A stretch of DNA of 64,000 nucleotides. It comes from Haliotis rubra (Eukaryota). The notes below the pieces were generated by a model. It was not told the origin of the DNA. It did no database searches and saw only the letters and a program-made list of their open reading frames with translations. A program made the translations under genes and the position numbers. This document shows positions 52,801 to 63,860 of the stretch, piece after piece. Every line of letters begins with the position of its first letter. Within the stretch, counting starts at the first letter, position 1. The stretch covers positions 496,001-560,000 of the forward strand of contig NW_025766981.1 in NCBI RefSeq assembly GCF_003918875.1, read 5' to 3'.

Positions 52801-55800
52801 GGTGAAGACTGAAGCGCTATTCTGAAGGGACAGTGGATAACAAAATCATCACCTGTGCAGGAGGCTAGACTAGAAGGATCAAGGCTAATGTGATGCCGAG
52901 AATCAGATGAAAGGGCAAAATAAGATGGAGCGTCCAACAGTTGGGTGGAGTGGGAGGAAGTATTGTTCACAGGCACTGGGACAGAGATAACTTTATATAT
53001 TTGAAAAGGTGTAGTCAAAGAAGATAAGGGAAATTTAACAGAAACATAGATATGTGACTTCGTGCGAGCGAAGATAAATTTAGCATGAGAATAGTAAAAG
53101 GTTGGACTTGTTTGGAGCAAATGGAAATTTGGGTATTTATTGGATAAAATTAATGCCAGATGATGGATCGTTTGTTCCAAAATATGAGGGGCAATGAGCA
53201 GGGGAGACAACTTATTCTTAGCCAAGTCTAAAATTCCTAATTTCAGTTCCTCAAGCTGATGCTCCACAGTATTTGACTTTTGTATTTGGTCAATTAGAAG
53301 GGAAGTCAGGGATGCAAAGGTGGATTGGATATTTTTAGCATTATTCTGTATTGCAGTGGCTGTGAACGTGACGGCATCATGATTTGCCTTAACGCCTTTT
53401 AGGGCATTTTAAAGCGAGTGTCTACTAATTTCATGAAAGAGGAGAGATGGACTGAGTGCTGCTGTAATACATTTGAAAGGTTGATGTCATGTTTGGTAAG
53501 CGCATTTATATGCTTGGCCAGCAGGTTGACGTCGTCAGTTGTGGCTGTACCAAATAAAGTTTTGAAAGTGAACCTACAAAACTAAGGACGGCTCGTTTTG
53601 AACGACTGGATGATGGGATTTTGGATTCTGGAATTAATTTAAGTATTTGCTGTCTTGTTTCATTCAGTTTGGCGACACATTTAGTTTTAATAACGTTAAG
53701 ATGCATTTGTATTTGATGTAGGAGAGCGCATGTGCCATTGCCTTGATGACATCCGCTCATGGTAGGAATGCTTGGAATATGGGGCATCTTAACTTCATAA
53801 GTGTGTGTCCAATATTCTGTTGAGAAATGGGCTTGGGTGGTAGGCTGAAAAACTATGCCATAGTTGAGTCTTTGTACTGGACTGGTGCCAAGGGTAGGAT
53901 GAGCGAACAGAGCCATAAGCCACAGGATTATCAAGCTCCAGGACGGACCTTTGATGAAATGAGAAAGGAAGCCATTAGAGTTGACCTGGCTGAGAAGAAT
54001 GTTGTGGCCACAAACATCAAAACAACCTAGCACTATAGGACACAGAAACTGGGTAACTGCAAAAGGGGTTGGTCACTCATAACAATGGCAAATTGACTCA
54101 CGTCATAAAGATCACTGTGGTAGCCAAACAACACCTATGCAAATGATCTACTGAAAAAACTTGTGCCCAAGTTTGCGCCGCCTACCAGACATTGTCCGAG
54201 ACCTATGGAAATGCTTGATCAGGGATGGATCAAGATTGGAAGCAGGCTCCCAAGTAGTTTGTGAATAGCCTAACCATTTGATTTGGTACATTTTGGTACC
54301 CTTTGCCCGTTTACATCTAAGTATTTGTTCAACAGGAAATGTTTCATCGTCTTGTGATGTGTCTTCCTGTTGCTGAGAAGTAGATGGTGAAGAGCCTGAA
54401 TCAGAGATGTGTGGCTCTGGAGGTACCATCTGTGTGTTGCATTGAGTGTGATTGTCAGCAGAAGTGCTGGAGTGCGGGGTCTGGTGTGTGTCAGGGCGTG
54501 TGTTGTCTTCAGCAGAAGTGCTGGGATTAGGAGACTGACTTCCAGGGGCAGGAATGTAATCTGGAAGTCTGTCATTGGCTTGGCGAGCAATGTGAGGCTT
54601 GATTCGATTGGCGTGGATAAGGGCCTTGTGTGTTTTGTTTGTTTGGACATGTTGCAGTTTGAAGGTGTGATTTGGACCTAACTCGAGAATTGAGTAAGGC
54701 CCTAACCATTTAACTGACAGCTTTGGGGACCTACCGGGAAGTACATGGGAATTCTTCATCAGGACCAAATCACCTATAGAGAATTGGGGCTCTCTAGCTT
54801 TGAGGTCAGTGCGCTCTTTGTTGATGTCTTGGGACAATTTAATATTGTCTTTGGCAATGGTCTTGGCTACTCTGAGATTGTCCAGAAGGGTCTTAAGATG
54901 ACGCTCTGCAGTTTTGCCTAGAGATGGCTTTGGAAGAAGGGCAACATCAATAGGGAGATGCATCTCTCTGCCAAAGAGCAGATAGAAGGGAGTGTAGCCA
55001 GTGGAGGCACATGGTGCGCTGCGCATTGACATCATTATGCAGGGAATTAGGTCTGCCCAGTTGGATTGGTCAGAGTCACAGTAGGCTCTGAGTGCCTGTT
55101 CAATGGTCCTATTGCGTCTTTCACACATGCCATTGGTTTCAGGATGATATGACGATGTCAGATGATGCTTAATGTCCAACAATTCACAAAGGGCATTGAC
55201 AAGTTTAGAAGTGAACTGCCGACCTCTATCCGACAGGAGAGTTTTGGGAGCACCAAAGCGAGTGATGACCTGATTGAAAAGAATGTTGGCTACCTCAGTG
55301 GCATCTTGAGTTTTCATAGCAAAGCCCTCTGTCCAGCGGGAAAAGGAATCCACTACCAGCAGGACATATTTAAAACCATCTTTGGTTTCAGGGAGGGGAC
55401 CAAGGATATCTATATGAATGCGTGAAAAGGTATCCTCGATGGGCATTGGGACCATAGGAGCATGTCTGCCATGAGTCATGGGTTTAATTTTCTGACATGT
55501 CTCACACGACCTAATGTAGTTGTCTATGTCCTGATACATGCCAGGCCAGTGGTACTTAGACAGGAGTGCTTGAAAAGTAGAATCCCTACCCAGATGACAA
55601 CCTCCTACTTTTGAGTCATGATAGGCAAATAGGAGATCTTTGCGCTTGATAAGTGGGACAACAAGCTGTGTAATTTGAGGAGGTCTATGGGCCTTGGCAC
55701 CTCTATGTTTAGCTTGATAAACATGATAGAGAATACCATCTCTAACAACATATTCCTGTGAGCGACCTACAAGACCTTTGACTTGAACATCTTTGTAAGT

Positions 55801-58800
55801 TGCAGGGATTTCACCTTTGGAGATGTAGTCAATAATGGGTCTAAGGTCAGGGGAATTGTATTGCTGTGTCACCAACTGATCATCGTCTGTGTCAATCGCT
55901 GCAACGATGAGAGATGGACCAGATGAGGGTGGTTTGTTAGCATAATACAAATCAACCGCTAGTGGCTCAGGAGTGTCTGGATCCTGGTGAAGAGATGATA
56001 GGGAGGTTGATGGTGGGTCAGTAAGAGGGACAGAGGTTGATGTGGAAGGAAGGGGTGAGGTTGGGGATGCATCAGGGGTTGAAGAGGGTGCAAAGGGAGA
56101 TGCAGATACGACTAAAACTGCTTTGTCTGTGGTGTTGGATTTGCATGAGACAACATGGGCATACTTTCTCTTGGAGGGCAATGGAGGAGACGGAATGTCA
56201 TCTGTGACAGGTGCAATCTTAGGCTCAGGGTATTTCGTGCGAGACAAAGCATCTGCATTTGTGTTTGATTTGCCTGGCCTGTGGACTATATCAAAATCAT
56301 AGTCTTGTAACATGATTGACCATCGACCAAGGCGACCTGTTTCTTCCTTAATGTTTTTGAGCCAAGTAAGTGCCTTGTGATCAGTGTAAATTTTGAATTT
56401 GTTTCCAGCCAAATAGACTCTAAACGTTTTTATGCCCTCTACGACTGCCAAACATTCTAGCTGTGTCACCCCCCAATTCTTTTCTGACGAATGAAGTGAT
56501 CGTCCCCCATAACAGATGACATGTTCCTTACCATCTGGACCAAGTTGCCCTAAAATATATCCAAGAGATGTGGTGGAAGCATCTGTCGTGAGAATGAAGG
56601 GTTTTGTAGGATCAGGATAGACAAGGATAGGAGATGTTGTCAGTTTTTGCTTTAAGGAGAGAGAAAGCCTGTTGACATTTGTCTGTCCAAGAAAATTTGA
56701 CATCCTTCTTGAGAGTGTCATAGAGAGGTGCTGCTATACCCGAGAAATTGGGAACAAATTTCCTATAGTAACTGCACAGACCGAGAAAATGACGAACATC
56801 ATGAACGTTTTTGGGTGGGGGAATTTGTGTGACTGCTTCTATTTTAGATTGATCAACTTCAATACCATTTTTGGTGAAAATGTGCCCTAGATATTGGACT
56901 TGTTTTGCTGCAAATTTACATTTGCTTGGTTTCAAAGTCAAGCCAGCTTGCTTTATCTTTTGAAAAACACATTTTAGATGATTCAAATGTTCTGAAAATG
57001 TTTTGGAGTAGACAATGATGTCATCCACATAAATAAGAATGTATTTCCAGTTCATGTCTTTTAGCGCTTCTGAAATAGTACTTTGAAATGCCATGGGAGC
57101 ATTTTTAAGGCCAAATGGGAGACGGTTCCATTCAAAAACACCATCAGGAGTAATGAAAGCAGATTTGTGTTTTGTTTCTGGATGAAGAGGAATTTGCCAA
57201 AACCCACTAGCACAATCCAAAACACTGAAAATTTTTGCATGACTTTCTCCAACTGCATCAATGACATCTTCAAACCTAATTAGAGGAAAGAAAATTGGCT
57301 TGGTGAGAGCATTCAGGCGTCTGTAATCCACGGCAAAACGATAAGTGTTGTCACGTTTCTTTACCATAACGACTGGGGAGTGCCACTCTGATGAACTAGG
57401 TTGAATAATTTTGGCATCTAACATTTCTTTAATTTGTCTTGAGCACTCTTTCCTAACTTCAGCACTTTGGCGATAAAAGGGGCGCCTAACGGGTCTAGCA
57501 TCACCTGTCTCTATCCTATGTTTGTGAAGATGTGTTTGACCAAGTTCAGACCAATTGTGTGCAAAAGCAGAGTGTTGAGAGTTGAGGAAAGAAAGAAGTT
57601 CTTGTTTTTGGACAGGAGACAGGTCTGAATCAGAAAGGTCAAAGGATAGTTCTGAAGTAGTAGTGTGTTTGCGATGAGATGGGGACTGGGGTGGAGTTGT
57701 CAAGACATGGGGTGTATAATCTGAATTAGTCTGACCTCGTGTAACTGCTGCAGTACTGGCCTGAGAATGAGGACGACATGTGTCATGGGATGGTTGGGGT
57801 TCAGGTTCAGGTGAATCTGGCAATACTGAGACACTGGATGGGTGCACTTCACATGCTACAGCTAGCACTCTTTTAGTATTTAAGTGAACAGGGGATTTGG
57901 TAGGGTTGAGGAAGCGCATATAAACACCCTTCTTGGACTTAGTCACTAAACATCTGCCGCCCTGCAGTTTAACTCTTGCAAGCTCAGGAACAGGTTCTAA
58001 TAGAAGAGTAGAGCCTAGCCTATGACGAGAGATTTGGACTGGAATGTCTACCTGACAAGAGGGTGGAATTGTGATGGGTTTCTTTGCTCTAGCATAGCCT
58101 GCACTAGATTCAACTAGGGGAACAGTGATCAGACCTTCTTGGATAATCAGGCACCTGTCAGCTAGGGAGATAGCTGCTTTGTATTCAGAAAGGAAGTCCA
58201 TGCCTAATATCAGAGAATGGTGTAGAGATTGAAAAACATAGAAGGATTGGGAGAGGAGGAGATGACCTATGCAGATATCAAGAGAAATGGAACCTAGCAC
58301 CTTATGAACTTCGCCACCTACACCAATGATTTCATGAAGGTCAGAGTCTTGTAAGTGCCGTAAATTGTATCCTACTTTTTGAAGGTAGCTCATGCTGACA
58401 CAGGACACAGAGGCACCTGTATCAACTAGAGCTGTTGTCTTCACTTGCTTCACCTTAACTAGAACAGTGTTCTTAACCAAGGGAGCCACAAGTGAGACCA
58501 TAGGTTTCTCATGCCTGATCCCAGCCATCTGAGAATCAGGCGCGAGTCCCTATTGCCTTGGGTATTCATTCTGAGAATGATATGCCCTTATGCACACGCT
58601 AGAATGGTGACCTACTTTATGGCAAAAGTACACTGGGTATTAAAATGTGGGCAATATAATCTGTCTGAACAGTACATACCACATCCGATACATCTTTGCT
58701 GCAGGAACGGGGGTACTGGGTACTGTGGGCGCCACTGATGACTGCTGGTCTGTCTTTGAGGGCCCTGATTCCTTGGATGTGGTCGACCTTGAGGCAGCGG

Positions 58801-61800
58801 GTACTGTTGAGGAGGTGGTGGTTGTCTCTGGATCTGGGCGCCATGATGCTGCTGCCGTCTGGGTTGGTAGCGTTGGGGACGATGTGGCTGGAACTGTTGC
58901 TGCTGCTGTTGCTGTTGTTGTTGTTCTGAAGACGGTCTGGTGGCTTCTGTAGCAGCAGCCTGAACTGGTGGGGCCTCAGTCTTTGTGATTAGGGTGGCCA
59001 CAAGTTCTGATAGGTGGTCTACCTTCATGGCCATGTTGATGTCCTGAGAACTCACACTAGTCTGGGATCTCTCAGCCAGTTCAGCATGGTGACGGACATC
59101 TTCCAGGGTGGCAGGCTCTTTGTTAATAACCCACTGGCGGATGCTAGGCCTAAGCCCATTGACGGCTACTGCCACAGTCACAGACACTGGCAGTGCTAAA
59201 TTATGTGTAGCTTTCTGTAATCTTGCCAAATAATCTGCACTGGTTTCTCCCGTAGACTGCGACATTTGTAACACATTCACGTCGAAGGTTCTTGGTCTGT
59301 GAAACCTTGACGTGAAGGCTTCCTCCAGATGGGTCATACTTTGTTTGGTATCGTTGGGAAGATCTTGGTGCCATACCTTGGCTGTCCCTCTAAATAGAAT
59401 GGGAACAGCAGGCACTGTCGTTCCTCATTGTAACCAAACAGCTTGACAAAATTTGTGAAATCTTGCCACCAGGATGTAGCTTCCTCCTGTCCGTTGAAGG
59501 GCCTCAGTTTGATGTGGGGAGTCGCCATTGTAAAGGATGGGGATGCAGGTGTTGATGAAGGCGTTGATGATGTTGTAGAGGATGATGTGTGTGTTGTTGA
59601 TGACGAAGCCGCGGTTGATGCTGTTGATGCTGTTCTTGATGTTGTTGATGCTGTTGACGGCGTTGAAGACGTAACTGTGGGAATGGTCTGGGAGTGGGAA
59701 GATGGGAGGGGTGAAACCTGCGTCTTGAGTGAACTGGTTAGCTGTAACCTTGGCTCAGGCCGTCGAAGCTTCTGTTTGTAATTCGTAGGCGTGGCACCGG
59801 TCATCTAGGATTTTCCTCCACCAGTTGAAACAGTTTGCTTGCGCTACTGTTTTAGACCTAGAATTGCTACGGGGAATTAGCTCCGGGATCTCCACGCCTT
59901 CAAATACAAACAGAGAGGATCTCAGGCAAAACAGGAATCTTTATTGGTTAAACACATGAAGGCAAAGGACACATATTCAGTTAACTGGTAATTCCGAATT
60001 ATTGGTCAAGAGAAATAATTATAATATTGTTGCAGAAAACTATTCAATTGAAATAACAAACAATATGACAAGTGACACGACCGAGATAAAAATACAGATG
60101 CTTAGAACATGTTGTAAACGTTATACACGTTTGGCATTTATTGACTTTAAGCATCCACAACTCCAATAACTAAAGCGAACGTTTTATTTTAACGGAAATA
60201 GTTTAGGCGTCTGATATACTAATGGTGACCTGTGAAAGTAATGATTTCTTATCTGGGATTCGCGATTATTCATAAATTCATTATATATATAAACTACAAA
60301 GGAATTAACATATAGCGACTAAACGGAAAATTCGAGCAGCACTTTAGAATAAGTCAGATGATTTCATTGTTCAAGCAGGGTAACACGGTTAGAAGGACTT
60401 TAAGCAAATTTAACCAAATGAAAAAGTAACAAGTAAAAGTGACTTACCTTCAAATACAAACAGAGAGGATCTCAGGCAAAACAGGAATAACTCAGTGGCG
60501 AGCTACACCTGCATTTATACCCGAATCTCCTGGAATTTGAAAGCAAGTCGAAGAGCGCATGTCACACTGGTCATATTACGCAAGTTTGACAAAGCTGGGT
60601 AGCCAAAGCTGGGGCAAAGTTAGCTAATTGGAAACATAATCGCTGCTGGAATGTTACCGTTCGGGTCGGTGGCCTTTGTTAATTGTTTTGGGTTGGCCAG
60701 CCGTGTCTAGTTCGACAATGCACCTACTCTGTTAATCACTGTGTGTCTGAGACACAAAGAGCAGTGGCCTAACACTTACTAATCTCCCAGAGTCGCTAGT
60801 CCGGTTCTGGTAGCTTGAATGGTATAGATTTGAGAATAGTTGTGTAGGTTCTGTTAGCTATATGCCTTAACTGGACTGAGAATGTAAAATTATAAGATTG
60901 TAAAACAAATCAAAAATAGATAAAAACTTGAAGACAAGTAAGGTAAATTTTGGCACTGTTATAGTTATAACTGCATCTACAATGCAGACTTCAATTCGTG
61001 TTGGATGTTAACGTCTTCTATGACGTCGTTTCGACAGGATGTAACTCAAGTATACGACGTCAGTTTTGAACAATATATGTGAATTAATAGTTCATATTGC
61101 CATGCCCGTGTTACATTTAGCTTCCGGTGTATATATCGCTTCGGTTAGATCAAGTTATGCCTCTTAGCAGATGTCACGTAAACGAAATTGCATCGCGATG
61201 CTTTAAGGAACAACATGACGTCATCATAACTATGACGTCACACACAAACAACAATTATCCCTGCCACTGTAGCTGGTTAGTTGTTCTTTACTGTTTGTTG
61301 TTTAACTCATTGCTTTTTTACTGTTAATAAATGGAAGGATGGAATGAAGATGGACGATAAACAGAATATCACCATTCTGTTCCATATTGGTAGTCACACA
61401 TATGTCACACGTTTATACTTCATGATATGGCGGGGAGTGTAGCCTTGTGGTTAAAGCGTTCGCCCCTCGCGCCCAAGACCTTGGTTAGGTTCCCCACATG
61501 GGTTTAATTGGTCAAGCCAATGTTTGGTGTCCCTGTCTGGTTATATTACTGGATTGTTGCTACATGCGGCTTAAAACTATACTCACTCCTTTGTGAATAA
61601 AAATTCACATATCTGTCTCTACAGGTGCTGTGTTTGCTAGTCTGGCCGTGATGGAGTCGCTCAGCAGTGCGTTAGGTGCTGTGACCTTCAACAACATCTA
61701 CAAGGCCTCCGTCGCTGTCTGGGGAGGGGCGGTGTATGCTGCCATGGCAGCATCCCATTTCTTAGCTCTGTGGTTCTTTCTGTAAGTATTGCTGGATTAT

Positions 61801-62343
61801 TGCTAAAAGCGGCGTAAAACTAAACTTACTCTTTCTGTAAGTGTTGTTTTATTTTACAATGACATCCAGATCTAATACGAGTACAAACACATTTAAACGT
61901 TCAAAAGAAACTAATAGTGTACCAGGCTGCAATTTATGATACAAATAATCTGGGCCCCTTTTGTATTACTATTATTAATGAATTTATTTCTGGGACTATG
62001 TTGATCAAATACCTGTGAAGATCTGGGTTAGAATTGTTGTATTCAGCAACTCATATTTGAAAGACTTGACTCACTGACTTGGTCTGACATATCACCATGT
62101 CCCAGTTGCGCAGATATATGTTCATGCTGTTGATCACTGGACTGTCTGGTCCAGGTTCGATTATTTACAGGCCGCCGCCATATGGCAGGCATATTGCTGT
62201 GTGCGGACTTAAACAACAATCAAACAAACAAAAACAAAGCACTATTCCACCTTATTCATTGGAAATCAGTGAACACTTGTGAAATGTTCCTGTTTTCTTG
62301 CAGAGCTTTCAGAATTCTGAACAAAGGACAGTATTCTACTTGA
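49899..62343 (+). CDS. SLC46-family transporter, paralog 6 (464 aa, 4 exons; intron 2 carries a retroelement)
   Basis: Exons 49899-51012 (MDDEPLI), 51484-51567 (84), 61625-61781 (157), 62304-62343 (TGA); 1395 nt in frame, canonical GT-AG. Confidence 0.9.
51825..54033 (-). CDS. env: env-like class I fusion glycoprotein (errantivirus/baculovirus-F-like), two 1-nt frameshifts
   Basis: Signal-like WSLIILWLMALFAHPTLG, RLNYGIVF, furin site RSKR (53593-53604) followed by a hydrophobic fusion peptide AVLSFVGSLSK(T)LFGTA, heptad-like helices, Cys cluster and TM AIIAITASGTSILSIILCIWMFY. Adding one A at 53560-63 and one at 53407-10 joins the two track ORFs. Confidence 0.82.
54148..58549 (-). CDS. pol: pol polyprotein: aspartic protease, reverse transcriptase, RNase H, integrase, C-terminal chromodomain; one frameshift near 56650
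   Basis: ALVDTGAS (PR); LPFGL and YVDD (RT); TDAS and YTDH (RH); H..GCHLG..CETC and DDE core with GPY module (IN); FPVEQIL...YQIKWLGYSQTTWEPASNL (chromodomain). Confidence 0.95.
58550..59804 (-). CDS. gag: gag (capsid-like domain, Q/P-rich linker, CCHC zinc knuckle); two 1-nt frameshifts
   Basis: LRPFNG...W...F...LLFPFYLEG(T)AKVW typical of retrotransposon gag, and QSTGETSADY..RL MHR-like motif. Restoring one T at 58624-27 gives CTFCHKVGHHSSVC (CX2CX4HX4C), ending at TAG 58552-58550. The start is either 59804 or 59528 (MATPHIK). Confidence 0.85.
59814..59823 (-). promoter_or_regulatory. Primer binding site, tRNA-Ala-like
   Basis: TGGTGGAGGA begins 2 nt after the LTR end (...GTTTCA-AC-TGG) and is complementary to a ...UCCUCCACCA tRNA 3' end. 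Confidence 0.75.
59940..59945 (-). terminator. LTR polyadenylation signal AATAAA
   Basis: AATAAA on the minus strand followed by T/GT-rich sequence, about 115 nt before the LTR end. Confidence 0.65.
60484..60519 (-). promoter_or_regulatory. LTR core promoter: TATA box plus initiator
   Basis: TATAAAT at 60519-60513; TTATTCC (YYANWYY) with its A at 60488, 31 nt downstream of the first T. Confidence 0.7.
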
Positions 62344-63571
62344 AACAACATAAACAGCCAACCACCACAGGCGTCGTCATTTGCTGCAGACGTGTCACGT
62401 GATGCACTCCGTCATCCATCGAACTCGGGAAGGAAGTTCGTGCACGCGACGTTCGCACACTCGACAGTGCACAATATTTTGATAAGAATAGATCCAATGT
62501 GTTTTCAGTGTTGAGCTAGGTTTCGCATAGGCTTAAACTATGGCGCTGTGGTGAATTTTGAACAAAAAGCTGATATATATGTATAGTCTGCAGGTAGCCA
62601 TGTTCGGCAATAGAAACACAGTTTATCTCGTATTTATTTCACCATGACTATATTGATTGCAAACGTTTTGTAACAAAATGTCTTGGGTGGAGTCCCATGT
62701 TTTGAGCGAACTACAAAAATGAATTAAAAACCCATATCTAGACATTTAACAAAGGTCGGTGTTGTATCAGCCCAGACACGGTTTTTAATGCATTCATACT
62801 ATACTTGGGTCGAAAGCAACTTCGTAAGGTTACGTGAAGTGGCCACCCTTGAAAGAAACCGCACGTCAACATTATGACGTCATACAGTTCACTGAAATCA
62901 GTCGGCTGCAGAAAAGCGCGATATTCCAAGTTCGTATATACACTCTCTTAGTGTTTCTCCATAGTGTTTTCTGTCCAACATGCATTGTCACACATATGTT
63001 GTATCAGCTGTATTTGTTTGTTTGTTTTTTTATAGTACTTGTACATTATATTTCTCTCAAGAGTGCCTATTGGCAATGGCCAAAAAAGGATTACGTTTGT
63101 ATAAATAAATTACTTCTGTGATCATTGCCTCAGATAAATCGATGGTATTTTGTAAATAATCGAATCTGGACCAGACAATCCAGTGATCAACGTCATGAGC
63201 ATCGATCTATGCAATTGAGATATGATGACGTGTCAACTAAATCAGTGAGCTTGATCACCTCATCTCGTTAGTTGCCTCTGACAACTTGCATTTGTTCTCC
63301 ACGGGTCTAAATCGATGGTTAAATGAACTATGTATCTATGATATCGAATATATATTCACGGTGTATTATTAGAGTGTTTATGTTATCATTTAATTGAGAC
63401 AACATGTCAATTTCGTGGACATGTATCACCAAACATTACATGGGTTTACATTTTTTCGATTGTGTAACTAAGGCCATCTGTTCTTATGTGTTTCTTATCA
63501 CAAACCCCAAACAGCAAGAGTAGACTGGTGAATTTTTTTTAAAGAATAGTTACTATAAATCTTTTTTTCTG

Positions 63572-63860
63572 TCATTGTGTAACTTATTTTATGAAATTTA
63601 CAATTGAAAACACTTAGTAATGGTCTTCAAATTTATTTATGATGGGAAAGAAATTAAAAGAATAATTATTATATATGTTTTTAAATGTTATTGTGTAACT
63701 TTTTATGATATTATATAATTAAGATGACTTAGTAACAGCCTTTTAAATATATTTATGATGGGGAAAAAATTAAAAGAATAATTATTATATATGTTTATAC
63801 ATGTCATTGTGTAACTTTTTATGAAATTTTAGAATTGAGATCACTTAGTAATAGTCTTTA
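63572..63860. repeat. ~117-bp AT-rich tandem repeat, ~2.5 copies
   Basis: ATTGTGTAACTT...ACTTAGTAA...TTTATGATGGG...ATTAAAAGAATAATTATTATATATG recurs at about 63572, 63689 and 63805. Confidence 0.8.

Larger units (their letters stand above)
51825..61115 (-). mobile_element. Ty3/gypsy LTR retroelement with env-like gene (endogenous retrovirus-like); 5' LTR present, 3' LTR absent
   Basis: Order LTR-PBS-gag-pol(PR,RT,RH,IN,CHD)-env on the minus strand, inside intron 2 of paralog 6. The outer LTR end (61115) and the 3' boundary are uncertain. Confidence 0.92.
59826..61115 (-). repeat. 5' LTR (~1.29 kb)
   Basis: TGTAACA...TGTTTCA inverted termini, adjacent PBS, TATA box, AATAAA. No second LTR to confirm the outer end. 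Confidence 0.7.
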
